Of a stretch of DNA of 46,826 nt, positions 8,486-18,043 are shown piece by piece. Location: positions 1 to 46,826 of the forward strand of contig CAZSGU010000003.1 of the NCBI GenBank assembly GCA_964606555.1, read 5' to 3'. Position 1 is the stretch's first letter; every line of letters starts with the position of its first letter. A program made the translations under genes and the position numbers. The notes under the pieces were generated by a model, which was not told where the DNA came from, ran no database searches, and saw only the letters and a program-made list of their open reading frames with translations. Source of the stretch: an uncultured bacterium. GTDB lineage: Bacteria; Fidelibacterota; Marinisomatia; Marinisomatales; Marinisomataceae.

Positions 8486-9463
8486 TTAATTCGGGATTTT
8501 TCCGATTCGGTTTAGTCTTGGAATATAATTATTCAAATTAATCGAAAACCATGTAATAAGTGGTTGCCCAAGAACATGGCTCTTTGGAACAAATCCCCAG
8601 AATCTTGAATCTTCACTATTATCTCGATTGTCTCCCATCATCCAAAAATAATCTTGCGATAATGTATAGGTTTCAACCTCACTAATTGGTTTTCCGTTAA
8701 TATATAAATATTGTATATGTTCTTTTTTAAATCTATCAGACCAAGGCGTAATTAATGTAGCATTGGTACTTGGAAAATAATCTTTATAGATACTTTTATC
8801 ACCAGTTCTTCTTTCGACATCTCTTGGGCTAGTATTGGTAAACATTAAAGAATTTTCACCAAAAATATATTGAACTTGATTGCCTTCATATAACAATAAT
8901 GGAAGTACTAGTTTCCAATCCATATTCTCATCTAAGATAAATGAATCTCCTTTTTTTGGGATGGTAATTTCAGGATATTGATCTTTATTCCCTTGTTTGC
9001 CAAGAAAAATATCAGGATCAATGACTTCGCTTGATAGATAATTATTTATAATAAATTTACCGCCTTCTGGCAATGGAACAAGTTCTCCATTCACGTATAC
9101 ATTCTGATCTTCAATTTTTACAGTATCTCCTGCAATTCCAATACAACGTTTTACAAACTTGTACACTGGATCTCTAGGATACTCAAATACAACTACATCC
9201 CCTCTTTCCACTTCTTTAAATGCAGGAAAACGATATTCAGGAAGAAATGTTGGAATGCTAATTGCGCTAAAAGGAATCCATATTTTTTCTGGCACTTTCA
9301 TTCCATAGATATAACGACTTCCGATGAGGAAATCTCCTTTTAAAATATTCTCTTCCATACTACTTGTTGGAACAATATAGGCTTCTACCACTGTTTCTTT
9401 TAAAAACAAGATGATAAGGATAAGTATCAATATTGACTTTACTTCAGCAATAAATTTATTCAT
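8486..9463 (-). CDS. lepB: Signal peptidase I
   Basis: 325 aa. It has an N-terminal TM segment. The catalytic Ser box is PTSSMEENILKGD, the Lys box is VKRCIGIAGD and the C-terminal box is GDNRDNSEDSRFWGFVP. Confidence 0.9.
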   Translation of the reverse strand: MNKFIAEVKSILILILIILFLKETVVEAYIVPTSSMEENILKGDFLIGSRYIYGMKVPEKIWIPFSAISIPTFLPEYRFPAFKEVERGDVVVFEYPRDPVYKFVKRCIGIAGDTVKIEDQNVYVNGELVPLPEGGKFIINNYLSSEVIDPDIFLGKQGNKDQYPEITIPKKGDSFILDENMDWKLVLPLLLYEGNQVQYIFGENSLMFTNTSPRDVERRTGDKSIYKDYFPSTNATLITPWSDRFKKEHIQYLYINGKPISEVETYTLSQDYFWMMGDNRDNSEDSRFWGFVPKSHVLGQPLITWFSINLNNYIPRLNRIGKIPN

Positions 9464-10014
9464 TTGTTTATCATCCTAGATATAGGCTTAAAGGTTTGAC
9501 GATGTATTTTTGTAAAAGAAAATTTTTTCAATGCTTTACGATGATTTGGGGTACCATATCCTTTATTATTCAGAAAATCATACATCGGGTAAATATAGTG
9601 AAACGAACGCATAATTTCATCCCTCGTAACTTTTGCAATAATCGATGCTGCCATAATAGCAGTTATTTTTTGATCTCCTTTTATAATTCCTTGATTGGTA
9701 ATTGGAATATCTAATGCAAATCCATCCACCAATACTTTCTCTGGTTGTTTAGGTAAATCATTGATAGCATCAATCATTGCATGTTCGGATGCAACCTTGA
9801 TATTGTGTTCATCAATATAACTATTCCACTTAATTCCAACCGCAATAGATAACGCATCTTTCATTATCTCTTTATACAATATCTGTCGTTTTGGTTCCGA
9901 TATTTTCTTAGAATCATTTAATCCCTGAATGTCTCTTTTTAAGATGACTGCTGCTGCAACTACAGGTCCAGCCAATGCCCCTCTTCCTACTTCATCTACC
10001 CCAGCAATTAACAT
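9460..10014 (-). CDS. rnhB: Ribonuclease HII
   Basis: 184 aa. The N-terminus is GVDEVGRGALAGPVVAAAV. DSKK and ASIIAK motifs are present. It overlaps the lepB start by 4 nt. Confidence 0.9.
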   Translation of the reverse strand: MLIAGVDEVGRGALAGPVVAAAVILKRDIQGLNDSKKISEPKRQILYKEIMKDALSIAVGIKWNSYIDEHNIKVASEHAMIDAINDLPKQPEKVLVDGFALDIPITNQGIIKGDQKITAIMAASIIAKVTRDEIMRSFHYIYPMYDFLNNKGYGTPNHRKALKKFSFTKIHRQTFKPISRMINK

Positions 10015-10075
10015 AGAAATAAAATTAATAATAAAATTGATGTTTACTTTTAAAAATATTTTTTAAAATGTTGTC

Positions 10076-11638
10076 ATGTCAAAACAAAGATACGCCTTAA
10101 TAATATTTGGAATTATCGGAGTTGTACTTTTGTTTTCTGGGGTCCATTTCTATGATAGTGTCTGGTCATTTCCAGGAAATCTATTAGGCGAAGATTTTCT
10201 AAAAAGTTTTCCTATTGCAAGTATACCACTAATGGTGTTTGCTTTGCTTGGAACTGGAATTTATATGACATTTAAGTTAGGATTTCCCCAATTAAAACAT
10301 GTATTACATGGAATTAGGGTAACCCGAGGAGATTATGATAATGTAGAAGATGAAGGCGATTTAAACCATTTCAAGGCTCTGTCTACAGCGTTAGCAGCAA
10401 CGGTTGGAATTGGAAATATTGCAGGAGTAGCAATTGCAATTTATTATGGTGGTCCAGGAGCATTGTTTTGGATGTGGATTACTGCATTTTTTGGAACAGC
10501 ATTAAAGTATTCAGAGTGTACATTAGCGCTTCAATATAGAGAAACCGATCAACTTGGAAATACCGCTGGTGGCCCTATGTACACTATTGAAAATGGATTA
10601 GGACCTAATTGGAGATGGCTTGCTGTGGCATTTGCTTCCTTTGCAATTATTTGTTCTTTTTTTACTGGAAATGCTATCCAATCCTTTACACTCACTGATC
10701 AATTATATAGTCAATTCTTACCTATATTAGGAGCAGAACATGTACTAATGGAAAAATCTATACTCGTTCCTGGTGTATTCGAACCTTCTATCTTTCAAAT
10801 CATTTTTGGTATTATAATTGCAACTATTGTTGGAATGGTCATTTTAGGCGGGATTAAACGTATTGGGACCGTAACTGCATACCTAGTACCAATTATGGCT
10901 GTCATTTATGTTTTTGCTGCGTTTTTCATTATTGCAAGCAATTATGATAAAGTAGGCCAATCGTTTGGTACTATCTTTCGCATGGCCTTTAACCCTCCAG
11001 CAGAAATTGCTGGTATTAGTGCAGGTGCATTCATTGCTTTTCTCAATACAATGATGATGGGAGTAAAACGAGGGTTATTCTCTAGTGAAGCAGGACAAGG
11101 ATCTGCTGCTATTGCGCATTCAACTGCAAAAACGCCATATGCAGTTAGAGAAGGAGTTGTAGGCCTTTTAGAACCATATATTGATACCATCATTATTTGT
11201 ACTTTAACCGGATTAGTTATTATGGTAACTGACTCTTGGCATTATACACAATTTTATGGTCAAAGAATTGATGCTTCTATTACACAAGATCTATGGATGA
11301 ACAGCAGTGTATTAACAAGTTACGCCTTTGCTCAAGGCATTCCTTTTGGAGATAAAATTGTGACATTGGCGGTAGTATTGTTTGCAATCTCAACTGCAAT
11401 TAGTTGGTCATTTTATGGAGACAGAGCAACAGAATATCTTTTTGGAATCAAAGCGATTCCATTCTATCGTTATTTTTATGTATTTATGGTATTTGTTGGT
11501 TCTACTTTAATGTTGGAAGCTGTGTGGGTTTTTGGTGATGCTGCTCTAGGTTTTATGACATTTCCAAATCTGATTGCTATTATACTGCTTAGCACCAAGC
11601 TAAAAACACTATCTAACAGTTATTTTGAGAAATATTAA
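10076..11638 (+). CDS. Sodium:alanine (alanine/glycine:cation) symporter, AGCS family
   Basis: 520 aa and polytopic. The AGCS signature segments are FKALSTALAATVGIGNIAGVAIAIYYGGPGALFWMW and GLFSSEAGQGSAAIAHS. Confidence 0.85.
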   Translation: MSKQRYALIIFGIIGVVLLFSGVHFYDSVWSFPGNLLGEDFLKSFPIASIPLMVFALLGTGIYMTFKLGFPQLKHVLHGIRVTRGDYDNVEDEGDLNHFKALSTALAATVGIGNIAGVAIAIYYGGPGALFWMWITAFFGTALKYSECTLALQYRETDQLGNTAGGPMYTIENGLGPNWRWLAVAFASFAIICSFFTGNAIQSFTLTDQLYSQFLPILGAEHVLMEKSILVPGVFEPSIFQIIFGIIIATIVGMVILGGIKRIGTVTAYLVPIMAVIYVFAAFFIIASNYDKVGQSFGTIFRMAFNPPAEIAGISAGAFIAFLNTMMMGVKRGLFSSEAGQGSAAIAHSTAKTPYAVREGVVGLLEPYIDTIIICTLTGLVIMVTDSWHYTQFYGQRIDASITQDLWMNSSVLTSYAFAQGIPFGDKIVTLAVVLFAISTAISWSFYGDRATEYLFGIKAIPFYRYFYVFMVFVGSTLMLEAVWVFGDAALGFMTFPNLIAIILLSTKLKTLSNSYFEKY

Positions 11639-12628
11639 TTATTTAAGATTTAAATATTTTTTGACATCAGAAACAACGCTCTTCATAAGTTTTGCATCAT
11701 TTTCTAACAATAATCTGACTTTTTCTCTTCCTTGGGCCATTTTTTCTTCTTTGTAAGAAAACCATGAACCCATCTTAGTGATAATACCTGCTTCTAAAGC
11801 GATATCTAATACATCTCCACTATAAGATATTCCTTTTCCATACATAATATCAAATTCAGTCTTTTTAAATGGTGGAGCTACTTTGTTTTTTACTACTTTT
11901 ACTCGTGTTCTATTCCCAATCATATCGGTTCCAGTTTTAATTGCAGCAATTCTGCGAATATCTAATCGAACAGATGCGTAGAATTTTAAAGCTCTACCAC
12001 CAGGAGTTGTTTCAGGACTTCCGAACATTACTCCAATCTTTTCTCTTATTTGGTTAATAAAAATAACACAAGTATTTGATTTGGAAATTGGTCCAGATAA
12101 TTTTCGTAATGCCTGAGACATCAATCGTGCTTGTAATCCCACGGTAACATCCCCAATTTGTCCTTCTAATTCTTTCATTGGAACCAGTGCAGCAACAGAA
12201 TCTATAACCACAACATCTAAAGCTGCAGTTTGTACTAATTTCTCTAAAATATCTAGTGCTTGTTCCCCTGAATCTGGTTGAGAAACAAGTAGATCATCTG
12301 TATTACATCCTAAATTCTTTGCATAGATAGGATCTAGTGCATTTTCAGCATCAATAAATGCAGCACTTCCTCCATTTTTCTGACATTGTGCTACAACATG
12401 TAGCGCTAAGGTTGTTTTTCCAGACGATTCAGGTCCAAAAATCTCAATCACTCTCCCTCTTGGAACTCCACCAACACCCAATGCCATATCTAATGAAAGA
12501 GATCCGGTTGAGATTGCATCCACTGTTAATTTAGTATCTCCACCCAATCGCATAATAGAACCTGCACCATACTCTTTAATGATTTGTTGTTCTACTGTTT
12601 CAATTGCTTTGTGTTTCTTGTCTGACAT
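11639..12628 (-). CDS. recA: Recombinase RecA
   Basis: 329 aa. The Walker A motif is [10 protein letters not shown]. The segments [19 protein letters not shown] and the L2 region [35 protein letters not shown] are all present. Confidence 0.97.
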   Translation of the reverse strand: MSDKKHKAIETVEQQIIKEYGAGSIMRLGGDTKLTVDAISTGSLSLDMALGVGGVPRGRVIEIFGPESSGKTTLALHVVAQCQKNGGSAAFIDAENALDPIYAKNLGCNTDDLLVSQPDSGEQALDILEKLVQTAALDVVVIDSVAALVPMKELEGQIGDVTVGLQARLMSQALRKLSGPISKSNTCVIFINQIREKIGVMFGSPETTPGGRALKFYASVRLDIRRIAAIKTGTDMIGNRTRVKVVKNKVAPPFKKTEFDIMYGKGISYSGDVLDIALEAGIITKMGSWFSYKEEKMAQGREKVRLLLENDAKLMKSVVSDVKKYLNLK

Positions 12629-12649
12629 CTTAATTCATTCCCCTATATT

Positions 12650-13879
12650 TCAATTCTTTTCCAAAAGTTTCCTTAGTTCATTTAAACATAACACCACAGT
12701 AAGTTGTCGATTAATTTTACGATTTGGTGTCAAATTGTACTGTTTAATATAGACATTATTTTTATAAAATATTCCAACAAATATTAAGCCAACTGGTTTT
12801 TTTTCGGTTCCTCCCTTTGGCCCCGCTATTCCAGTAATACCAATCCCAATATCGCTCTTTAATTTCTTTGCAATCTTAGATGCAAGCTCTGATGCTACTT
12901 CTTCACTGACAGCACCATGTTTGTCCAATAAGTCACTATCTACCCCCACAACGTCTCTTTTTAGAGCGTTGCTATAACATACTACTCCTCCATTAAAATA
13001 TTGAGAACTGCCTGATAAATTTGTTAGTTTTGCACTCAACATTCCAGCAGTACATGATTCTGCAGTTGCAACCGTTAAATTTTGTTCTTTTAATTTGTCT
13101 GCAACTATTTTTTCAATTGTATCATTATTAAATCCATAGACATATTTACTAATTCGATTTACGATTTGATCTTTTAAGCCTAAAAGCGATTGATGATTGC
13201 TTGTTGTTAACCTAATATCAACTCCCAACATACGATGTGGCAAGAAAGCAACATCACAATTTTTAGATTCAATTAAATCAACAATCTTTTCCTGTAAGAT
13301 TGATTCAGGAAGTCCTGTAGTACGAATAGTCTCACAATGTACTTTTGATGTTAATTTTTTTTCTAAGTGAGGCAAAATATAACTTAATATCATTCCTTCC
13401 ATTTCTTTTGGTACGCCAGGCAAGGCAAAATAATTGGATCCATCTTTTTCAAAATGCATTCCCCTTGCGGTACCAAAAGAATTATCAATCATTTTGACCT
13501 TATCCCCTTTATGTGCTTGGTTACGATTCAAGGTTGGAACCTTCATATTAATTGCTTTAAAACGTTTTTCTAATTCTTTCCAATATTCTTCATCAAAAAC
13601 AGGACTATCGCCAAAATATTCATACAATGTTTTTACAGTAATATCATCAAGGGTTGGACCTAATCCCCCTGTTATAATGATATGATTACAATCCTGTGAT
13701 AATTCATCAAGAGATTTAGTAATCATATCAGCATCATCTGCAATGGTCTTTTTAACATGGACTTTGAGTCCAATTTCTAATAATCGTTGACCAATCCAGG
13801 CAGAATTACGATCAATCGTAAATCCGCTTAATAATTCATTTCCAATGGTTATAATTCCAATCTTCATCATAGAATCCAT
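12650..13879 (-). CDS. cinA: CinA family protein (competence/damage-inducible; N-terminal MoCF-binding domain plus C-terminal nicotinamide-nucleotide amidase PncC-like domain)
   Basis: 409 aa. The N-terminus is IGNELLSG...GGLGPTLDD and the C-terminus is ATAESCTAGML...GITGIAGP. The position immediately upstream of recA is classic synteny. Confidence 0.88.
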   Translation of the reverse strand: MDSMMKIGIITIGNELLSGFTIDRNSAWIGQRLLEIGLKVHVKKTIADDADMITKSLDELSQDCNHIIITGGLGPTLDDITVKTLYEYFGDSPVFDEEYWKELEKRFKAINMKVPTLNRNQAHKGDKVKMIDNSFGTARGMHFEKDGSNYFALPGVPKEMEGMILSYILPHLEKKLTSKVHCETIRTTGLPESILQEKIVDLIESKNCDVAFLPHRMLGVDIRLTTSNHQSLLGLKDQIVNRISKYVYGFNNDTIEKIVADKLKEQNLTVATAESCTAGMLSAKLTNLSGSSQYFNGGVVCYSNALKRDVVGVDSDLLDKHGAVSEEVASELASKIAKKLKSDIGIGITGIAGPKGGTEKKPVGLIFVGIFYKNNVYIKQYNLTPNRKINRQLTVVLCLNELRKLLEKN

Positions 13880-14445
13880 AAATAAATACTTAAAATAGAT
13901 ATAACAATAATAGAACTTAACGATCCTGCCACTAAATCGTCTGCCATAATTCTCATTGGTGAATCAATAGGGTCAGTATCAAATTTTTTCCACCACAAAG
14001 GAGCATTTTTAGGATCTTCGCTCCAACCTACAGGTCCGATTTTGCTAATATCAAAAATTCGAAACAGAACAAACGTTAACACGAATAGTAATTCTTGATT
14101 ATTAATATAGTTTGGGAGATCGAAAGAAAACCCTCCAAAAAACGAAGAAAAAAGCCCTACAATCATAATAGCGAATGACATCCCAGCGATTTCGTCTAAT
14201 ACAAATTCTTTTGGATCTTTAGAATCGAAGAACGATAATGATTTTTTATATAGATATCCAAAAGAAAAAAATGACATTATATATGTATACAATGCTATTT
14301 CACCGCTGATAGCATTTATCGATGAGTCTTCGAATATAATCACTAGAAATAGGACAAATAAAGAAGCCCAAGTTCCTCCTCCTGGCAATCTACCTAAACC
14401 AAAAAGGGTAACAATTTGATAAGCTATCTTGTTTTTAAAATCCAT
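13867..14445 (-). CDS. pgpA: Phosphatidylglycerophosphatase A
   Basis: The ORF is open up to 14490 (207 aa). The Met at 14445 (MDFKNKIAYQIVTLFGLGRLPGGGTWAS...) gives a typical PgpA N-terminus and reduces the overlap with pgsA to 11 nt. DEIAGM and DDLVAG motifs are present. Confidence 0.75.
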   Translation of the reverse strand: MDFKNKIAYQIVTLFGLGRLPGGGTWASLFVLFLVIIFEDSSINAISGEIALYTYIMSFFSFGYLYKKSLSFFDSKDPKEFVLDEIAGMSFAIMIVGLFSSFFGGFSFDLPNYINNQELLFVLTFVLFRIFDISKIGPVGWSEDPKNAPLWWKKFDTDPIDSPMRIMADDLVAGSLSSIIVISILSIYLWIL

Positions 14446-14935
14446 TTTTAGCCACATAATGCATACCTGTTGCTCCTGCATATACTGCATTTAATCCCAT
14501 TACTAAATCAATTAATTCTTGAGTGGGAGATGCAACTAGAATAAAGATCACAGCAAGATGTTGAAATACGGTTTTGAATTTTCCATATTTTGAAGTAACT
14601 AAAGGTCGATTTTTATTGCGTAGATATTGACGATAGAATGTAATTAAAACATCACGTCCGATGATAATGCTATATGCCCATACTGCTATTAGCCCTTGAT
14701 ATAGAAATACGGTTAATACCGCAGTCATCAAAATTTTATCTGCCAATGGATCAAGGAAATTGCCCCTCTCATTTACCAAATCATATTTTCTTGCAAGATA
14801 CCCATCAAGAAGATCACTAATGCTACAATAGATAAACAGAATAGATGCAATAACAAAATTATTTACAAAAATAAAATAGACAACAAAAGGAGTAACTAAA
14901 ATTCTAGAAAAGGTAAAAAAATCAGCAATACTCAA
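14435..14935 (-). CDS. pgsA: CDP-diacylglycerol--glycerol-3-phosphate 3-phosphatidyltransferase
   Basis: 166 aa. The CDP-alcohol phosphatidyltransferase motif is DLLDGYLARKYDLVNERGNFLDPLADK. Confidence 0.88.
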   Translation of the reverse strand: MSIADFFTFSRILVTPFVVYFIFVNNFVIASILFIYCSISDLLDGYLARKYDLVNERGNFLDPLADKILMTAVLTVFLYQGLIAVWAYSIIIGRDVLITFYRQYLRNKNRPLVTSKYGKFKTVFQHLAVIFILVASPTQELIDLVMGLNAVYAGATGMHYVAKNGF

Positions 14936-15531
14936 TTTAACTCTACTCTTTCTTTTATGGCTGTTGCAACTGTTTTATCATCAATGTATTCAAGATTGCT
15001 TCCCACCGGTAAACCAATTGCAAGACGTGATACTTTAATACTATGTTCTTTTAAAATTTTTTGGAGATACATTGCTGTTGCATTCCCTGATGTGCTTGGA
15101 TTTGTCGCAATAATAACCTCTTCTACCCCATTACTGATTCGACCTAAAAGCTTATCAAAAGAAAGCTCTGATGGACCAATACCATCCAAAGGAGAAATTG
15201 CTCCACCCAAAACATGGTATAACCCATTATAGCTATGAGTATTTTGAATTTTAATTGCATCTTCAATGTTCTCAACAACGCAGATATGTTTTGTATTGCT
15301 AGCAGAACTGCAACTGCATTCTTTGTCTTTTTTGAGAAAAATCATTCCACAATTTTCACAAGTCTGCAATTTATCCCCAATATCTTCTAACGAAGACACT
15401 AAGTCTTTTGCAGTTTTATCATTAGAATGAATAATAAAATATGCAATGCGTTCTGCGCCTTTTCTTCCAATACCAGGAAGTTTTGTTAATGCTTCTATTA
15501 ATTGATCAATATATGTTGCGATATTACTCAT
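14932..15531 (-). CDS. recR: Recombination protein RecR
   Basis: 199 aa. The helix-hairpin-helix segment is LPGIGRKGAERIAY. A C4 zinc finger (C..C......C..C) and a Toprim segment (ICVVENIEDAIKIQ) are present. Confidence 0.92.
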   Translation of the reverse strand: MSNIATYIDQLIEALTKLPGIGRKGAERIAYFIIHSNDKTAKDLVSSLEDIGDKLQTCENCGMIFLKKDKECSCSSASNTKHICVVENIEDAIKIQNTHSYNGLYHVLGGAISPLDGIGPSELSFDKLLGRISNGVEEVIIATNPSTSGNATAMYLQKILKEHSIKVSRLAIGLPVGSNLEYIDDKTVATAIKERVELN

Positions 15532-15845
15532 TAAAAACCTGGAAGATTGTCCATTAATCCGCCTGTAACTGATTTTAATCTTTTTGACGCTGTATCTTTT
15601 GCCTTGTCTAGCGCCCCGTTTGTAGCAACCTTAATTGCATTTTCGATTATATCTTTATTGCTACTAAGAAGTGTTTCATCAATGGAAACTTGAGTTGTTT
15701 TCATATCAGCAGTCATTCTAACAACGCATGAACCATTTGCGGCAGATCCTTCGACTTCAATCTGTTCTAATTCTTTTTTTATCTCATTCATTTGAGATTT
15801 CATGTTTTGTGCTTGTTTAAGCATTTCTTTCATGTTACCAAACAT
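15531..15845 (-). CDS. ybaB: YbaB/EbfC family nucleoid-associated protein
   Basis: 104 aa. It begins MLKQAQNMKSQMNEIKKELEQIEVEGSAANG.V.V. It sits between dnaX and recR, the conserved dnaX-ybaB-recR order. Confidence 0.88.
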   Translation of the reverse strand: MFGNMKEMLKQAQNMKSQMNEIKKELEQIEVEGSAANGSCVVRMTADMKTTQVSIDETLLSSNKDIIENAIKVATNGALDKAKDTASKRLKSVTGGLMDNLPGF

Positions 15846-17401
15846 TACATTGTATCCTTTCCTTGAAATAACTCAACCACATCGTTTTGATTAATTGAAT
15901 CATTATCTGGTTTTTCTTCAATCTTTTCAACTTCTGTATCTACTATAATCTTCACCCCTACAGAAGCATTAATCACTTCATTAATAGAATCTTTAATAAA
16001 ACCTAGATTGTCATTTATTAGTTGTTGGTTAAATTCATTGCTGTCATAAGAAATTAATTCAAGATTATTTCCATTCATTTCTTTAATAATACAGTCACTT
16101 AATAGCGCATGAACTGACCCTCTTTCTTGTGATATTTTATCTAAAATTTTATCCCAAGAATCTTTTATTTGATCGGTAGTTACTCCTGATGTTTTCTTAG
16201 CTATTTTTTTTACTGTTTTTTTTGGAACACTGTTCGTTTTTTTAGGTTCTGGAACAGAAGGTTCTTCTTGTGGAACATTTGACTCTAAGAATTTTTCAAT
16301 ATCAACACTTTTATCAAATTGAAGAAATTTCATTAGTGTCATTTCAAATATCAGTGTTTGATCGGAAAAACGTTTAATAGATGCATACAATTCCGATAAA
16401 CTATTGGAAATACGCACTAAATCTTTTAAAGACCAATCATATTTATTTTTCTTATAGAGTTTTTTTAATTCGGGAGATAGACCCATTAAATCTAGTCCAT
16501 TCTTATAGTGCATCAGAGTCAAATTGCGCATATGATTAATTAACCCTTTGATGAGATCTTCAACAATATACCCTTTTTCTTTTACATGGTTAAGAATATT
16601 GACTAATTCTTCTCCATTTTTACTATGCAACGCATTGGTAATATCAAAATAAACCTCTGTTGGAATTACTCCCAATAAATCAATAACTATTTCATCTGTA
16701 ATCTTCTTATCACTAAACACTAAAATCTGATCCAAAAATCCTAGAGCATCTCTCATACTACCATCAGATTTTGATGCAATTAAATCCAATGAAGAATCAT
16801 CAATCTTGACAGATTCGGCTTTTAGAATATGTTTCAATCTATTTTTAATTACTTCGTTAGTGATTGGTAAAAAATCGAAACGTTGGCAGCGAGAAATAAT
16901 AGTTTGTGGCACTTTATGGATATCTGTGGTAGCCATAACAAATTTGACATGTGATGGCGGTTCTTCAAGTGTTTTTAAAAGCGCATTAAAAGCTTGTGTA
17001 GTTAACATATGCACTTCATCAATAATTACTACCTTAAACTTTCCTTCTAGAGGTGCAAATTTAATATTTTCTCGTAATTCTCTTATTTCATCGATTCCTC
17101 GATTTGAGGCACCATCTATCTCAATAACATCCATTGATCTTCCTTCAATAATCTGCTTAATCACATCTGATTCAACATCATATTTAATAGATGGCTTATC
17201 TGATCCATTTAAACACATTGCAAGCAATCTTGCCGCTGTAGTCTTGCCAACACCTCTCGGTCCGGCAAATAAGAAAGCTTGTGCAATTCGATTTTTCTCA
17301 AAGGCTTTGATTAAAGTTTTTGTAATATGGTCTTGTCCTACAACTTCTTCAAAGTGTTTTGGTCGCCATTTTAGCGCTAAAATCTGGTAATTTTTACTCA
17401 A
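15845..17401 (-). CDS. dnaX: DNA polymerase III subunit gamma/tau
   Basis: 518 aa. The N-terminus LKWRPKHFEEVVGQDH, the Walker A motif GPRGVGKTT, the Walker B motif VIIDEVHML and the sensor SRCQRF are all present. A Lys/Pro-rich linker sits at about aa 380-406. Confidence 0.95.
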   Translation of the reverse strand: MSKNYQILALKWRPKHFEEVVGQDHITKTLIKAFEKNRIAQAFLFAGPRGVGKTTAARLLAMCLNGSDKPSIKYDVESDVIKQIIEGRSMDVIEIDGASNRGIDEIRELRENIKFAPLEGKFKVVIIDEVHMLTTQAFNALLKTLEEPPSHVKFVMATTDIHKVPQTIISRCQRFDFLPITNEVIKNRLKHILKAESVKIDDSSLDLIASKSDGSMRDALGFLDQILVFSDKKITDEIVIDLLGVIPTEVYFDITNALHSKNGEELVNILNHVKEKGYIVEDLIKGLINHMRNLTLMHYKNGLDLMGLSPELKKLYKKNKYDWSLKDLVRISNSLSELYASIKRFSDQTLIFEMTLMKFLQFDKSVDIEKFLESNVPQEEPSVPEPKKTNSVPKKTVKKIAKKTSGVTTDQIKDSWDKILDKISQERGSVHALLSDCIIKEMNGNNLELISYDSNEFNQQLINDNLGFIKDSINEVINASVGVKIIVDTEVEKIEEKPDNDSINQNDVVELFQGKDTM

Positions 17402-17508
17402 TTGAATCCTTTTACTTCCGACAATTTAACAAAAGTTTTAAATTTTATAATGATAAATAATAAAAGATTCAAATAAATTAAACAAACGAAACAATAAGGT
17501 GGTAAATA
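17402..17508. promoter_or_regulatory. Divergent intergenic region that must carry the promoters of the dnaX array (-) and the 17509 gene (+)
   Basis: This is a 107-bp AT-rich spacer between divergent starts. A TATAAT hexamer lies at 17446-17451 and an AAGGTGG Shine-Dalgarno lies just before the ATG at 17509. No convincing -35 element was identified, so the call is at region level only. Confidence 0.35.
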
Positions 17509-17991
17509 ATGCTCTACAAAAATCCAGATAATGCATTTCTTTTTCCAAATGAAGAAGTTATGGAAGAGGCTAGAAAAAATCATAATGATGGAAAACCTCT
17601 CATACAAATTAATCTTCTATCTTATCGTAAAACCGCAAAATATGAAGACGAAAGTTTAAACACAACATCAGGAAAAGAAGCTTATAACAAATATGCAAAA
17701 GTTGCTATGAAAGCAGTGACTAAAGTCGGTGGAAGATTTTTATGGTATTCCAAAGTACGATTAACAATGATTGGTCCAGATTTGCATAAATGGGATGATG
17801 TTGGCATTGTGATGTATCCTAATCTAGATAAGTTTATCGAAATGGCGAATTTTGATTGGTATAAAGCATCCTTACACCACCGTGAAGCAGGCTTAAGAGA
17901 TACTCGATTAATAACATGTTATGATATGCCACGATCTATGCGATTTCAGCTTTGGCTTGCAAGATGGTTTGGAAAAATAATCTTTAGATAA
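17509..17991 (+). CDS. DUF1330-like protein (dimeric alpha/beta-barrel superfamily)
   Basis: 160 aa. The pattern AYNKYAKVAMKAVTKVGGRFLW...WDDVGIVMYPNLDKFIEMANFDWYKASLHHREAGL matches the DUF1330 layout (Y..Y.......GG......W....vv.fPs......w..S..Y......R). A strong Shine-Dalgarno is present. Confidence 0.6.
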   Translation: MLYKNPDNAFLFPNEEVMEEARKNHNDGKPLIQINLLSYRKTAKYEDESLNTTSGKEAYNKYAKVAMKAVTKVGGRFLWYSKVRLTMIGPDLHKWDDVGIVMYPNLDKFIEMANFDWYKASLHHREAGLRDTRLITCYDMPRSMRFQLWLARWFGKIIFR

Positions 17992-18015
17992 AAAGTGCAG
18001 AATAATTTTCTGCAC
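17990..18015. terminator. Terminator hairpin between convergent genes
   Basis: The stem gtgcagaa (17995-18002) pairs with ttctgcac (18008-18015) around the loop taatt. The A5 run at 17990-17994 gives a T5 tail on the minus strand, serving the cupin gene. The T-tract on the plus strand is weaker. Confidence 0.55.
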
Positions 18016-18043
18016 CTCTTATAAGTTTTAACATTTCGTTCAG

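Noticed and set aside
16806-17390. 194-aa plus-strand ORF
   Set aside because: It lies antisense to the AAA+ core of dnaX, whose Walker A/B and sensor motifs are unambiguous. The Ser/Ile-rich translation has no family features.
17402-17508. Looked for an SRP RNA (ffs) upstream of dnaX, as found in the Bacillus scr-dnaX arrangement
   Set aside because: The 107-bp spacer is almost pure A/T. It has no GC-rich helix or conserved SRP domain IV motif.
17398-17607. 69-aa minus-strand ORF spanning the dnaX / 17509 intergenic region
   Set aside because: It translates to an extremely hydrophobic, AT-driven Phe/Ile/Leu string. It overlaps the start and Shine-Dalgarno of the better-supported DUF1330-like gene. 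It is most likely an artefact of AT-rich promoter DNA.
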